A DNA stretch of 64,000 nucleotides from Intoshia linei. Lineage: Eukaryota > Animalia > Orthonectida. Numbering within the stretch: position 1 is the stretch's first letter; each line of letters opens with the position of its first letter. Positions 23,301-37,300 of this stretch are shown piece by piece. A model generated the notes under the pieces. The model searched no databases. It was not told the origin of the DNA and saw nothing but the letters and a program-made list of their open reading frames with translations. The position numbers were made by a program, and so were the translations under genes. The DNA lies in assembly GCA_001642005.1 (NCBI GenBank), contig LWCA01000016.1, positions 1 through 64,000 of the forward strand. The letters run 5' to 3'.

Positions 23301-26300
23301 TATGACGAGAATGCACTCCTGTTGATGAGTATTTTGAATATTGTGACTGAAAGATCTAAAAAAGATATTGATCATGTCGAACATTTAAATATAGCCAAAT
23401 ATGTCAACAGAAAACAGAGACATGTGTATAAAACAACAAGAAGGATAATAAAAGATATTAAATTGTACATTTATTATATTATATTATTATTAATTGTAAT
23501 TTCATTTTTTATTTGGAATGAATACTTTTTTAGAGAAACATCATTAGAATTAGAGGCTTTGCATTATCAAAATATTGGATGGATGACACTAAGTAAAATA
23601 AATTGCATGGCAACTTTATCGGAAATTTTGCAGATTTATATCGGTTTCTTTGAACAAGTTAGATGTATTCAAAAAAAAGAAAATTTAAAAAATACTTCAT
23701 CTGATGTTAGACAATTTAAAGACACTTTAGAGAAGGAAATGAAAAAAATTCATACAATTGGCAATAATTTACCGGACGAAATTAGCGACGGGGATTCTCA
23801 CTCTACTAACTCTCATTATGAAAATGAAAATGAAATTACCAATGATGAACCACTTATTTACAGTATTAACAAAATTATACGTTATAATTTGAAATTGATT
23901 TTAAACCTTGTTACATGCAATTGGGAGTATCAGACCAGCGGTAATTTTTTATTAGTGATTTATTCCAAATCATCGTTTACTTTTATAAAATCCTTAGTAA
24001 TAACAAGTAATTTAGACAAAAATGTATGTCTGTTTATTTATTTAAGAAAGTAACAAGAGTAGAGTTTTAAGAATACCCATTTAGAATAAAGTTTTTCGAG
24101 GGTGATGTTTTATCGCAAATTTCATTTTCAAAAATTAAGTTATCCAAGATAAAGTCAAATCCGCAATTATTCTTTTTTTAAAATTCAAACAGTCCTTTAA
24201 TTATAAAAAATACACAATCTGATAAAGAGTTTAAAATCATCAACATTATGATAACTTTCAATGTCAAAATCTTATATCTTTACGGCTAAAACCAAAAATT
24301 ACAATTTCAAATGTTTTGTGTGTGTTAACAGGATACAACCGTACCACTTGTAATTTTTTTAAAATTCTAGGTCTGTTTTCATTTAAAAAAAAGGTAATTT
24401 GTGGTTTTGGCCCTGAAGATATATCTTTTTTAAATTTAAATTTATGATTTTAAAATTCGTATCAGAGTATATATTTTGTTGTATATAGTTTGGGAGGTTG
24501 AAATTTATCTTACTTTCACCCTCAGAAAAAACGGTACTAGAAATGTGGACTTTATAAAATTCTAACTCTGGTAATTATTGAAATATACGATACCACACAC
24601 ACACACAATGACAAAAAATCATATTATATTAGTAAAAATGTAAGGATATCTATAACTATTTTGTTATTTTGGTCTGGCTGAACCTACTCTTAGAACTCAA
24701 CGACCCTGTTGGTACTAAAACTTATTTTAGACTTTGTAATCGGTCACAAGTATACACTATATATCCATGTTTAGCATGTGCCGACGGAAAAATAATACAA
24801 ATGCTTAAAATATTACTTTCAGCAAAAATGTTGACAGAAAGAAACGTAAACAAATCCCTAATCGAATCAATCTGTGAATGTATCAGACAATTGACTTGGA
24901 AAAATAAAATCAACCAAAACAAATTTTTTGATACATTCAACGTTTTCAAACCAATTTTACGTATAATTAAACAACACAGAAACAATTTAAAAATGCAAAT
25001 AATGGCTGTAAACGTAATCGAAGCATTAATAGTGGACAATGAAAAAAACCAAGAAATTGGTCGAGATTTGGGTTTAATTTATATATTATTACAATTAATG
25101 TCAATAAAGTCATTTGTTTCCAACAATTCACCTACAAAAAAGGGCCAATATGCAAAAAAATTGTCATTTAGTTATAAAACCAGTAAACGAGAAATATCTT
25201 CCGATAGTGTGGAACAAGAACTAAAAAAGAAAAATTTATATGAACGCTCAACAATAACTTTATGGGAATTGGGCGGTACAAACATTGAAACCCAATACTT
25301 GATGGCGTCCTTAATTGGCGTATCACGATTAATCAACCTTTTATCATTACAATCTGCTCAACTACAATATATAGGATCGAAAGGATTAGGTGTATTGTCC
25401 ACCCTGTCTTGTGATTGTAGTTTATCTTCTCAACCCATAATTGAATCCAATGGCGTATTTTCGCTAATTAAATTAATGAAGTCCAATAATCATAGTATTG
25501 TTTTACAGTCTGTTAAAACGTTGGGATGTTTATGTATTGATATCGGTTATATACCTAATGAACGGATTCAAAATAGTTTATCATTATACAGAGGAATTGA
25601 AAATTTATTAGCATTACAAATGTTTTGTGATGATATATCCATTCGGATTGAATCAGGTCTAACTTTGAGTTGTCTATGTCTTAAAAACCAACTGCTACTT
25701 GAAAAGTGTTATAATAATAAGGATTTTGATTTGCTGACTTATCTAAAATTTTTTCGATCACATGTTGATTTGTATGAATCATCATTGCATCGAATTTCAA
25801 GTGTTTCTAATGAAAAAACTACCGATATTAAAGATTGCGTCGATTCTTTAGGTACAGGGAGTATTTCTGAGAGTACCAATCATCAAGATAATACAATTGA
25901 AGATGTTTTAACTAGGTGTATTTCTGCTAGTATGACCATTGCAACTTTTTGTTATAATAATGTGACTAATCAAATCAAATTTGCTCAATATGGTGGCATT
26001 CATTGCTCTTTTTTTGTTAATATTCTAAATAATCCCATCATTGAACCAAAATTTAAAATTATAGTCGCTTTTCAGTCCATCATTTTATCCAGGATTATGA
26101 CAGGCATCAAAAAGGTCAACATTTGCTGTATAGCTATTTCTCTTTTAACTAAATATCTTGACAGTTCAGAAAAAACCATCATTCTAAGTCCAGTCGCAGA
26201 TTGTGTAATAATTTTTATTATAACTTGTATTTTTTACAATGTTATTTATAAACTTTTTTAGATTGCAAGACTATCTCATACCAGATGTGGTAAATTATAA

Positions 26301-29090
26301 TTTAATAGAAAGAAAAAGTAAACAATGGTTCGTAACCTTAATAGTATTCCAAAATTTTTTTAGGGTCATTAAACGTTTTGAAGGAATAATACAAATATTT
26401 TTGTACATAATAATATCTAAAAAAATAAGAAACAGTAGTTACTTTTGCACATGACAATCACAATCAGGAAATTTAAGGTTGTTTATAACTTAGTTAACTT
26501 TTTAGCCAAATTAATTGGAATAAACTGTATAAAAATTTTTTTTTTCAAAATTCTGAGACTATTAATTAGTTATTTATATTAAATAGTTAGTTAATAATTT
26601 TTATTTAAATAATAATAAAATAATGAAAATAAAAAAAAATACAATTTTTTTTTGACCGTGAAAACGTTAATTTTTGAAATTCAAATTTTTTGTTTAAAAC
26701 TGGAAATAACTGTATAAACTGAAATATTTTTTAAATTACAGGGTTAAACTTTTTTTAAAGATAGGGTATACATAACATCTGGGGATTTACTATGAAAATG
26801 TAAGTTTCTAGACATGATATTTACGATCATGTCAAATGTTTAAAATTAATAATTTATTTTATTTAAATTCTACTACTTATTTTATTTTAAAAAAATAAAG
26901 AGTAATTTGGGTATTTAACCCTAAAAAACTCAACTTTCTGAAAATATGATTTGCGATAAAATTTAAAATCTACGACTGTTAATATTTGAATTTAATGGTA
27001 ACACATAAATATAAAAATAATATTAACAAAGTTGTTTTATTGTCGTTGTTTAGTTTCTATTTAAATTGTATCAACATGCTTTGAAAATGAGAATTTGAAA
27101 TTTAAAAATTGCGTAGCAATGAAAAACATTCCGAAGAAGTGAATTATATAGATTTTCACCCATATTTCTTTGTTGGAAATGTGTAGACGTGCATTGTAAA
27201 TTTTTTTTGAAATTGTAGGATCAATATTTACATTTTCAATTTTTATTTTAATCGATTTATTTGAAAAATATTGGTTGAAATATATTAAAAATTATTAATA
27301 ATCGGGAATGCGTAGATTTCTCGGGTTGAACTTTTGTATTTATATCAACTGGAATAAGCTCTATCAGAATAATCTTTTTTTTAGGTTAAACTTTTGTATT
27401 TATATCAACTGGAATAAGCTCTATCAGAATAATTTTTTTTTTTAATTTTCAGACCGTTAATTATTTCACATTTTTTGTTTTAATAAAATATTTAGAAAAA
27501 ATATATATGAATACTAAAATGCTTTTTTGACCATGAAGGCATCACTTATTCAGATTGAAATTTTTTGTGTGTGTTAACAGGATACAACTTTACGACCTGT
27601 AAATTTTTTTAAATTCTAATGCTGTTTTCATTTAAAAAAAGGGTAATTTGGGGTTTTGGCCTTGAAGATATAATTTTTTTAAATTTAAATTTATGATAAT
27701 GTTTATGATTTTAAAATCCGTATCAGCGTATATACTTTTTTTTAATTCTCCAACTCGTTTGATTTTCAAAAAAAGGACAATTGGGGTTTTTGACCCGTAA
27801 GATGTGAGTTTGGGAGGTTGAAATTTATTTATTATATGCCCCGAAAAAAACTGTAATTGAAACGTGGTCTTTAAAAAATTCTAAGAGTGGTAGTTATTTC
27901 AATAAAGTTTTTGACCCGTAAGATGTGAAATTGGGAGGTTGAAATTTATCTTATTATACCTCCAGAAAAACTGTAATTGAAATTTGAACTTTATAAAATT
28001 TTAAGAAGGGTAGTTATTTAAATAAAGCTGGACACACACACAAACAAAAATAGCGTAGCATATTATATAAGTTAGGATTATATATTATTAAGGAAATCCA
28101 AAAAAGTGAGTTATGGTGGAAAAAGAATTAATATAAATTCACTTCAAAAAATCTTTAATAGTTATATTTAATAGTGCAATAAGTGACATCAACTATTTCG
28201 TAAAATACTAAATCAGATTTTGAGTATGTCTCACATTGGAAAATATTAAAAAAAATTTCCAATGTCGTCAAGGAAGATAAATGTTTTATAGTTTTTTATG
28301 AAAACCATAAAATTTTAATTTTATTTATAATCAAAAATTAAGGCATAAAGAATTCTTTTGTTGCCATCGGTATAATTCCTATTCTCTGTCGACATTTGAC
28401 AAACCATTCTGAATGGTTGCGCCGTAGCGCATCTATAGCGCTAATGTATTTCAGTTATAATAAATCTGCAGCACGGCAAATGTTGGGGATGTAATATTTT
28501 TACGTTTGGTGTAAATTATTTAAATTTAGATTTCATCGCCGTGAATCACTCTTTCAAGTAATGCAACACTATACTAAGGAAAAAGTGTTTGGCAAGTATT
28601 TTACAGAAATGTGGTTTCAGAAAAATTTACGACATTTTAGTTTTAAACAGGAGTAATTCGATTATACTTATTATAGAGTCAAAATGACACATGGGGGGGA
28701 AATCATCGTTGTGTATTGTTGTGTTGTACATTAATCTGTTGTCAAATATTTTATTTTCTGTGATTTTTTTGACAACCCTTAAGAGAAAATCCCATTTTTC
28801 CAATATTTTTTTGAAAAACCCGATTTCATCAAATCTTATCAGCCAAAACCCAAAAGAAAAAATAGAATGTTAATTCCCTTTAAGAGAAAATCCCTTTTTT
28901 CCAATATTTTTTTGAAAAACCCGATTTCATCAAATCTTATTAGCCAAAACCCAAAAGAAAAAATAGAATTTTAACCCCCCTTAAGAGAAAATCCACTTTT
29001 TCTACTGGGAACCACTGTTGTAAGACTATTAATATGTTTCAAAATAAGTCGAAACTACCAAGCTCGAGGCAACCTGAAGATGAAAAATAG
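20321..29090 (+). CDS. Ankyrin + armadillo repeat protein (ANKAR-like)
   Basis: MINQDYDEKGFDHVHNATVKGFVKSIEKF...STPLLLAAQYDHLDVFKLLVTLGANLNH (ankyrin), then long ARM-repeat exons at 22776-23940 and ~24774-26204, then IIPILCRHL...RRSASIALMYFSYNKSAARQML. The final exons and stop are tentative. Confidence 0.75.
21213..22044. mobile_element. Buster-like hAT MITE with nested insertions
   Basis: TIRs CAAGGTTTCTTAACC ... GGTTAAGAAACCATG. TSD CTCTATCT at 21205-21212 and 22045-22052. A short relative lies at 45530-45824. Confidence 0.75.
21690..21894. mobile_element. Tc1/mariner-pogo type MITE
   Basis: TA|CAGTCGATTCTGTTCTATATGAACAT ... ATGTTCATATAGAACATAATTGACTG|TA: ~26-bp TIRs and a TA TSD. Confidence 0.8.
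24280..24646 (-). mobile_element. Non-autonomous Helitron fragment (5' part)
   Basis: Homologous to the 46519-46925 and 55473-57181 family (ggccctgaagatat, tgggaggttgaaatttatctta, CA microsatellite, taagga end). Confidence 0.6.
27010..28077 (-). mobile_element. Non-autonomous Helitron, partial long copy with internal tandem duplications
   Basis: Colinear with 56055-57181. Ends gacacacacacaaacaaaaatagcgtagcatattatataagttagga, which is the 5' TC on the minus strand. Confidence 0.7.
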
Positions 29091-29629
29091 CAATCAGAAT
29101 TTCCGAAAATTATTCGTAGTTTCATATAGACCTAGACACCTTTTAAAGGGCTTGACTTAACATTACATTAACTTAATATATATAGTATATTATTTTTTTT
29201 ACTTGTGAACCATGTTCATAAAATCATGAAATTTACTTAAAGCTTAAAAATTAAAATTAAAAAAAAATTTTGATTTTTATCCCAATTTTATTTTGTGTTT
29301 ATTTTCAGGTTATATTTTGTGTTAAAAAAAAGTTTGCCCTTATTAATTGTAATTAAACCGAAATGACAGCATAATACATTTAATATAAATAATGTTTTTA
29401 GTAAAAAATGGCTAAAAAACCTTCTAACAAGTGAAATGAACGTAAATACTAGTGCAAAAATATTATCTATAAAAGTAGTCAATACAGATACCGAAAACAG
29501 TGAAAAGTCCGATTAAAATGTATGAATTTAGTCAAAAGTCGATAAAATTTTATTTCAATAAAATAACAAAATAAATATTAAACCAGAAAAATTATAATTT
29601 GGTAAAGTAAATACTGGAATAATGTCTGT

Positions 29630-30991
29630 TTATGTAAATTTCCATTGCTAAAAAAATTTAAATCAAAATAATTTAATTTTTAATAGGGCAAGTGTTTAAA
29701 TTTTAAAATGAAAAAATGTTGACAAACTAGTCTAAAATTATAAATCACTGTTACTTGCCCTAATCATAATACTTTGAAATTATCATGTATCCACAACTGT
29801 TTGGCCCAGTGTTCCGCCTTTTTCTTTTCATCTAAATACTACACAATATATATAAAATGTGTAGAATTAAATACATTGTACTTGGCTCTACTAATTTTTA
29901 AATAACCAGCAATGACTTCAATTTTATCATAATCTGTGTATTCCAACTTTAATATACGGTATCGAATTTGCCATCGTATAAATGTATAGATATAAGTAAC
30001 TAAGTAATAGGGCATAAAAAACATTTGCACAATAAAAGTATATTTTATTGAAGCTGGACGGTAGGATCCTCTAAAAATAAAATAAGATAAATTAATAAAT
30101 CATAAAACGAAAAAATAAATACCCAATGTCCATTTTCGATGTGATAATTTGTTCAATAATTTTTTGTTCCTTTTTTTTAATTTCAGTCTAAAGTATTTAC
30201 ATGCAAATGCGATAACAAATATACCTTGGACATTTGCCTTTTAGCCTTTTTGTCGGCCATAAAATCTAGCATTCCTTGTTCATTAGCAATGCGTTTGGCT
30301 TCAATTCTGTATTTTGGTTGTACTGATAAATATTTAATAGCGGTTCTGTTATTATTCACATCTCGCATATACTAATTAAAAAATTATTAAAAAATGTAAA
30401 TATTACTTGTATCAAAGACACCAAAATGATAGTAAAGACAATGACCACCCGAATGTCAATATCTTGTTTAATTCGTCTGCGGTAATAACGATAATAGTGT
30501 TCATAGTATAATGCTATAAATTATAAAAAATTGAAAATGTGATAATATCATTTTACATGGATCGGCCAACATGTCGTCATAGTCTTTACGCACCTCTTCA
30601 TCTTTTAGAACCTCATATGCCACAGTCATATCACTAAACTTTTTAACAGCATCTTCCGGGTTCTAATTAATAAATCAAATATTAAATTTAAAAGGTATTA
30701 CACTTCCTTTATACTTATCCGGGTGCCAAATTCTTGCCAATTTTCGAAATATACTAATAATTTCTTTCTAAATTAATTATAATTATCAATTAAAAAAATA
30801 AAACTCTGGTAGAATTTGGTTTGGCGTTCAATACTAAAATATTGCATGTAAATTTAATAAATAAACAAAATTCAATAAATTAAAAACTTACTATCATAGC
30901 AATTTGCTTCTCCACAGTACAATTTAGGCATGAGTTCGGCATAAGAAGATTGGAAAATGGAGCAAATAAAAATGAAAAATATCCACTTCAT
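29630..30991 (-). CDS. DNAJC25: DnaJ homolog subfamily C member 25
   Basis: Signal-like N-terminus followed by LYCGEANCYD; J-domain with WHPDKYK; AYEVLKDEEVRKDYDDML; YYRYYRRRIK..DIRVV; AIKYLSVQPKYRIEAK; RWQIRYRILKLEY; LWIHDNFK. The last exon is tentative. Confidence 0.9.
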
Positions 30992-31334
30992 GATAATAAA
31001 TTTAAATCATAAATTTGTTTGAAATATTTAATGAATAAACGACTAATCTTGGTTAAACACGGGTGTAAGCGATATCGTATACAATCTCATAAGAGATGAC
31101 TAAGTCAATAGTTTGTTTGAAATAAACTTGATAAATGTTGATAAAATTCCAGACAATCGTAATTCAAAATTCTCCACTTGAATTTTTGTTGTCAAATATT
31201 TCATGCAAATAAAGCATTGTTAAATATTAATGATATCGTTGCCTATTGACATGGTTAAATATTAAAATTGCACCGTTTCCATAGATTTAAATAAAGATTA
31301 CAATTACATTATCGTAGTTTCAATTTTTTTGAAA

Positions 31335-34300
31335 ATGACAGATTTAGTTGATAGCTTGGATTTATACGGAGATATTGATTCTTCAAAGGTATACTTTACA
31401 TTTATACTCAAATATTAATTTACATTTTATGTGAATCAATTTTATACTTGTTTATTTAATCTCATTAATTTTTTAGCCATCAGATGTAAAAAAACCATCA
31501 CAGTCTGTTTCCGATTTATTGACAACGTCTAATGAAGATTTGTTATCGTTGCAAAATACGCGAATTGAATCTTCCACAGTGAAAAAAACTAGACCATCAC
31601 CTAAAAGAACCAGGGAACATTCTCATATTGAAAAAATTTCGTATAATGTAATACTAATATTGATTATTTGTTTTAGTTTCTAAATAAATACAATTTATTT
31701 TAGAAATATAATATTAACGTTAATGAAAAAGATGATTCTAATACTTCAGCCATGATTATTATTGGAAATTTGTCTTGGGTATTTGAATTTTTAGTTATTT
31801 TTGTAAAATTAATTATAATCAATAATTATCAGAGTGGTATCTGAAATTTTTTTGTAATGCGTCTCATGATAGATGATAAATTCAAATTTTTAATATTGGA
31901 AATCTGAAATTATAAACATTATTATGGAGATTTTCTTATTTACGATAAGTAAATTTTAATTAAATAATTATCAACATTTTATGTTTGACAAAATAAAGCG
32001 AGTAGTTACAGCTTAAGTCATAAGACAATGTTTCTAAAGTTTTTTTGAAATTTATTCACAGGTAGTTTATACTTATGCGTGGTTATTTGACTTTGGATTT
32101 ATCGTGGACATTACAAGAAGCGTAAATATTCTCAACAAAAGTTTATAAGGCAAAAATGTATTGGTCATACATTTGTTGGGTAAAATTTGTGCCTTTGTTG
32201 AAAAACTAAAATTGTTTATTATTCAACTTGGACAATGGGATTTTACAAATTTTCTGACATTGGAGATGTATCAATCAGAGGACGTATTGGTATATGTACA
32301 AAAATGCGAAGACCTAAAAGTACAATTTGAAGGTAGGTTTACTGATTATAAAAAAAGTATGCCTTTTTTTGATGTATACACCAAACCTTTTTCAATGGAA
32401 CCAGGAATGGCACCTGGTCATTTTCAGCTAGAGTCGATTGACCTCCAAACAAACACCGAACTGAAATAAAAATTTGGCCTCTTACCTCTACAGAAATTTT
32501 ATCGATATTGGATTTCGGCCACTAATTTTCTCTTTCTTCACAGCAATGCAATGAAGATACTGACCCTTTTCGGTAGTACATATAGGTGCGAACAATTGTT
32601 ATCGTTGAACACGACTACTAACCAAATACTAGACGAAAATTTAGCACATTGCTTCAAATTATATTCCACCGATGTAACTTTGGAACAAATGTTTGAAAAT
32701 ATGAAATTTAGATTTACAAAAATAAATTTTAATCTAAAAAAAAAATTTTTTTTTTGGTCGCTCGAGCGCGATCATAATTTAAAAATCTTTAGAATCTAGT
32801 TTATTCGTTGAATTTTCTTTTTGAACAATAACCATAGCTGTACAGGTTATTTGATCCAACGCTCTGCATGCAGTGACAAAAAATTAGAATTTTTTATTTT
32901 TGTATGTATAAATTTGTATGTTTGTGTGAATAGTTTCGATTTCAGGGCTACAAATATTATGACATATGTCAAGCTAGGAGTTTCATGCTTCCTACATGTA
33001 GCTACAGCTCTAGATATAAATGTACAAGCCAAGCTGATTTTGGGCGTGGTAACTATGTATAATCTGATTATTTAAATGATCATGAGCACTCGTAAGCAAA
33101 AACACCACCTATGTGGACATCACGGTTATATTCTTTAATTATTAAATATAATTTAGTTGAGTTTTCCCTTAGCTTTGGTAAAATTGTATTTTTTGATAAA
33201 ATATTAGAAAAAGATGGTTTTAACTTAAGGGTTGGTAAATTCTGATTTTAACCCTTAAGGTAATGGTTCCCAATTCAAAATATTCATTTTTTTGACCCAA
33301 AGGAAACACGAAATATAAAATATTTATGGAAAAATAATGGTTTTTTTTCATAAGGTTTGGTAAAATAAGTCGAATTTTCTTTGATGTTTGAAATGATATT
33401 TTTTATTAAATTTTATTAATGGTGGGTTTTTTAAATAATAATGTAGCGGTCGTCTAGGTTTTGGAATAAATTCACATCTGCCAACTCTAATAAATATTAA
33501 AAATTTACCTATAAAAATAAAAAAAATTTTTTATATTTTATTTGAATCTCACGGACCCAAACGATATAGTTTTTGATCTCAGGATGTCCAGGAACGTCTA
33601 ATTGGGAACCAATGTCTTAAGGGTGGGTAAATTTGTATTTTTGTAATTGGATATAGGGATGGGCCATTTGAGAAGAACTGATTTAATTTAAACACAAATT
33701 ACGGATCGTGTTTAATAATGATTCGATTCATGTTGCAGACTAATCCGCAGGTTAATTTTTTAAATGTTTGTATCAATTTGCAACGATAGAATTTAAAAAA
33801 TCAAGATGTCGCGTGTCACTAGTGACACGCACAGGAATTCTGCCAAAGACGCTGGTAAAAATGTTATTTGAAATTTTTAATATGGTGTGGAAAAATTAAC
33901 TCAGAAGGGTGTAATAATTAAAAAAAAAATTTGACACGCCAACTAAAAAGTGCCATAACAGGGTTAGGGGATGAGCATTTCAAATCAAAATTTATGAACC
34001 ACTTTTATAAACTATTTTTAATAATTGATTTAGTGGACTACGGATGACGACATTTTATCTACATTTAGAAGAAACAATTTAAGTGGTCTTGTAGACATTA
34101 AATTCTATGAAAATAGAGTCAATGGTCAATCCAAAGGGTATTTGATTTTAATTCTAGTTTTATTATTGAAATTATTATTTTTTACTAGCTACGTTACTTT
34201 GACTTTGGACAGTCGAGATTCTGTAGAGAAGGTTTTAACTATATTTAACAATCCAACTCAACCCGTCATGATTAACAAACAATGCCCTCAAGTGACAAAA

Positions 34301-37300
34301 TTCAGTAGATCCATCTTGAATGAACTAGAAGCCCAATCTCGTAAAGAAACTAGCCTTGGTATTTGTTAATTTAAATTATTCATTGTAAATATTGTAAAAT
34401 GTTGTGTATATTATTATATATTGCCAAATATAAGTAAACGTTGCTTAATATTCGTAATATTTGATATATCGATTCGTCCATTTCAATGTGACACAATACC
34501 GCAAGTTTAGTTATACTGTATTAGGGCGTGCTAAAGGAATGAATAATTATCGACAAAATGGTCCATTTGGCGTGGAAGGGAATCCAATGATGAATAATCA
34601 GTGGATGAGAAGCATGTTTGCTTCCGGCATGCGTAATATGCCTTTTAATCCTATGCTTCAAATGCAAAACTCTAATATGATGGTAAGATTCGTCATTTAA
34701 CTTAGAAAAATGTAATTATTTATTAGAGAAATCAAATGCCTCCCTTTAATATGCAAGTACCACCCTTCAGTACGTTTTAATCATTTTTAAATGTTCCATG
34801 TCAACAGGTTTTATTTTTTTTGTCGTTTGATTTTTACGTTATATCATACTTATTAATTTTACTTGAAGTTTTGTTGTTTCACGTCATTTAGTTGAATTTA
34901 ATTGTATTGTAAATTTGTTGCTGTACAATAAATGTTTATAAATTATAGTTGTAGTGTATAATTAATAATGGATTGTAAGTATCAAAATTTTAGAGGTTAT
35001 ATTGCAGCAACGTGGACAACGTCACATTCTCATGACAAACTAATTTTTTAAACATTTAGTTTGCGAGTTTATACATGATTTATTTTCATTTGCCATCCCT
35101 GCTTAATTAATGCTATATAATTTATTGTGTTTCTACTATTTAGATGTACGATTAACAATGATTAGTAAATAAAAATTATCATTACCACATTACTTGAGAT
35201 TAACACACGTCATAATATTCAAAGTTTAAATTAAAATGCAGACTACATCTGTAAAATGTAAATACAGCAGATGGACAAATCATGAAAATGTAACCTTATT
35301 AGCTATACTTATGAAAAAATTTACAAGATTTTTGTATAAAAATAATTTATTAATCTTAATTCAATTGAATTTTATCCATATTAATTAATAGACTATATCA
35401 GAGGTCTTCATGTTTCTATAAAGAAATATTGTATTGTTATTTTTGAATTAAACGTTAAACAGATATTCAATTTTTTACCAGTAAAGGATACAATTTTGGT
35501 GCCGCGAAACTATTGAAATAATAAAATTCATTTATTAAAATGGGTGAGGGACTCATGGACTATATCCATTATGTAAATTAGTTTTTTGATTCTTTTCAAC
35601 TACCATTAATTCAAGAATTTACAAATTTTTTAAACTAATTTTGGAAAAATACATGACTACTTGTCCGGATAATCTTGCAAAAAATTCGCTCATGAACATT
35701 CTTCCACGTTTTAGAACAAGATCGAGACTATTTTTGTCAAAAACCCTTGATGGTATTGAAAAAAACGAATAAATACTGAATTAAAAATCTCTAATCATAT
35801 TAATACATTATAAATCTTGTACATCATTCATTTATTGTACCGACCTGTTTATAACATTTCAACCAGGGATTTCTACACTTTCTGCATGGCGGTGATACTT
35901 TCTAGAATTTGAGATAAAAAACGTAATAAATTGACATTAAATTAGTTTATATTTATGATAGTCATTATAAATAGATTCTACAGATAAAATTTTTATTTGG
36001 AATTTTTGGTTCATACAAATTTGTTAAGAAAAAATAAATAATTCAAATAACCGCTAACAAAAATGTTTTTAATAAGGACTTAGACTGTATTACATACTTT
36101 TAATAATTTTAAAATTTTTTGAACTTTAAAATTATTTCTAATAATTAAAAATATAGAATAACTTTAAATGAATGAGAAAATTAAATTAAATGCCCTTTAA
36201 CACCAGGAACTTAATTTTTATATTTACCTGTAACCAAGATTTTGACCTGAGCATAGCCGGTGCGCCATCAGTACAAAAACCGCATACATTGTTACAATTT
36301 AAATTTCTTCAATAAAAAATTCATTAATTTTTTTTAAAATATCCATTATTTTATTTGTAAGGAGTTCACTACAAAATGAGAATTCTATCTTAATTTCATT
36401 CAAGAAATACCTCACAAATAATTTATAATAATTTGCCACCCCTAACGACCGCGACCACTTGAGAAACTGTGATCTAAATTTAGATCATTTATTATTAGAT
36501 TCTAAACGAAAAATTTGAAAAAATTCTACGCTTATGCCCTATTCATTAGAACTAGTTCAGTGGTTCCCAACATACTTCAAGTTTGGTACTCTACGCATAA
36601 AAATGAAATTTCGTACCCCTATAATAATTTCTAGTTGTAACTGACAAAGTATAAATTAAAAAAATTATATTAAAAATTTTAAATAAACATTTAATTTAAA
36701 CCTTACTTCACTAAAACGTATATTTGAAAAATTATTGAAGTCATAATAGAAACGTTAGAAATTAAGTTTTTTATAATTTTTATTTTTAATTATTTTGTGA
36801 AATCTTAATTTTTGTATATTTTAAAAGATATTTAATTTATAAATAAAACTATGAATCAGGCTCAAGACTAACTGGGACCTCTGATATCATTGTGTGATTT
36901 GATCTCCATTTGTCAACTGCTGTTTCATGCTTATGAAATTTATATATTTTACATACCTAGATAATTTCTAAAAAAATTCATAGAATAGTAAAGATAATTT
37001 AAAATTATTTAAATAGAAAAGTTTAAACGTCGAATATATATTATTTTATAAATACACTGAATTGATTACACCTGTCAAAAAAATTAATTCATTTTGTTTA
37101 TTTATTTATTTGTGTTTACGGACTTTTAATTCGATATAAGATTAATGGAAAATGATTTTAAAGTTGATTATTATGACCTAATTGAAGATTTGATTAATAA
37201 ATATAACATTTTTTTGACATTTAAATTTCATAATGTCTCGGCAGAATCAAATTTGAAAATGTATATCAATATTATACAAATATAAATTTTTGTATATCCA

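Noticed and set aside
24722-25039. Antisense ORFs (also 14532-14774, 15412-15672, 37687-37929, 39586-39873, 40696-40965, 43130-43330)
   Set aside because: These are shadow ORFs opposite real exons.
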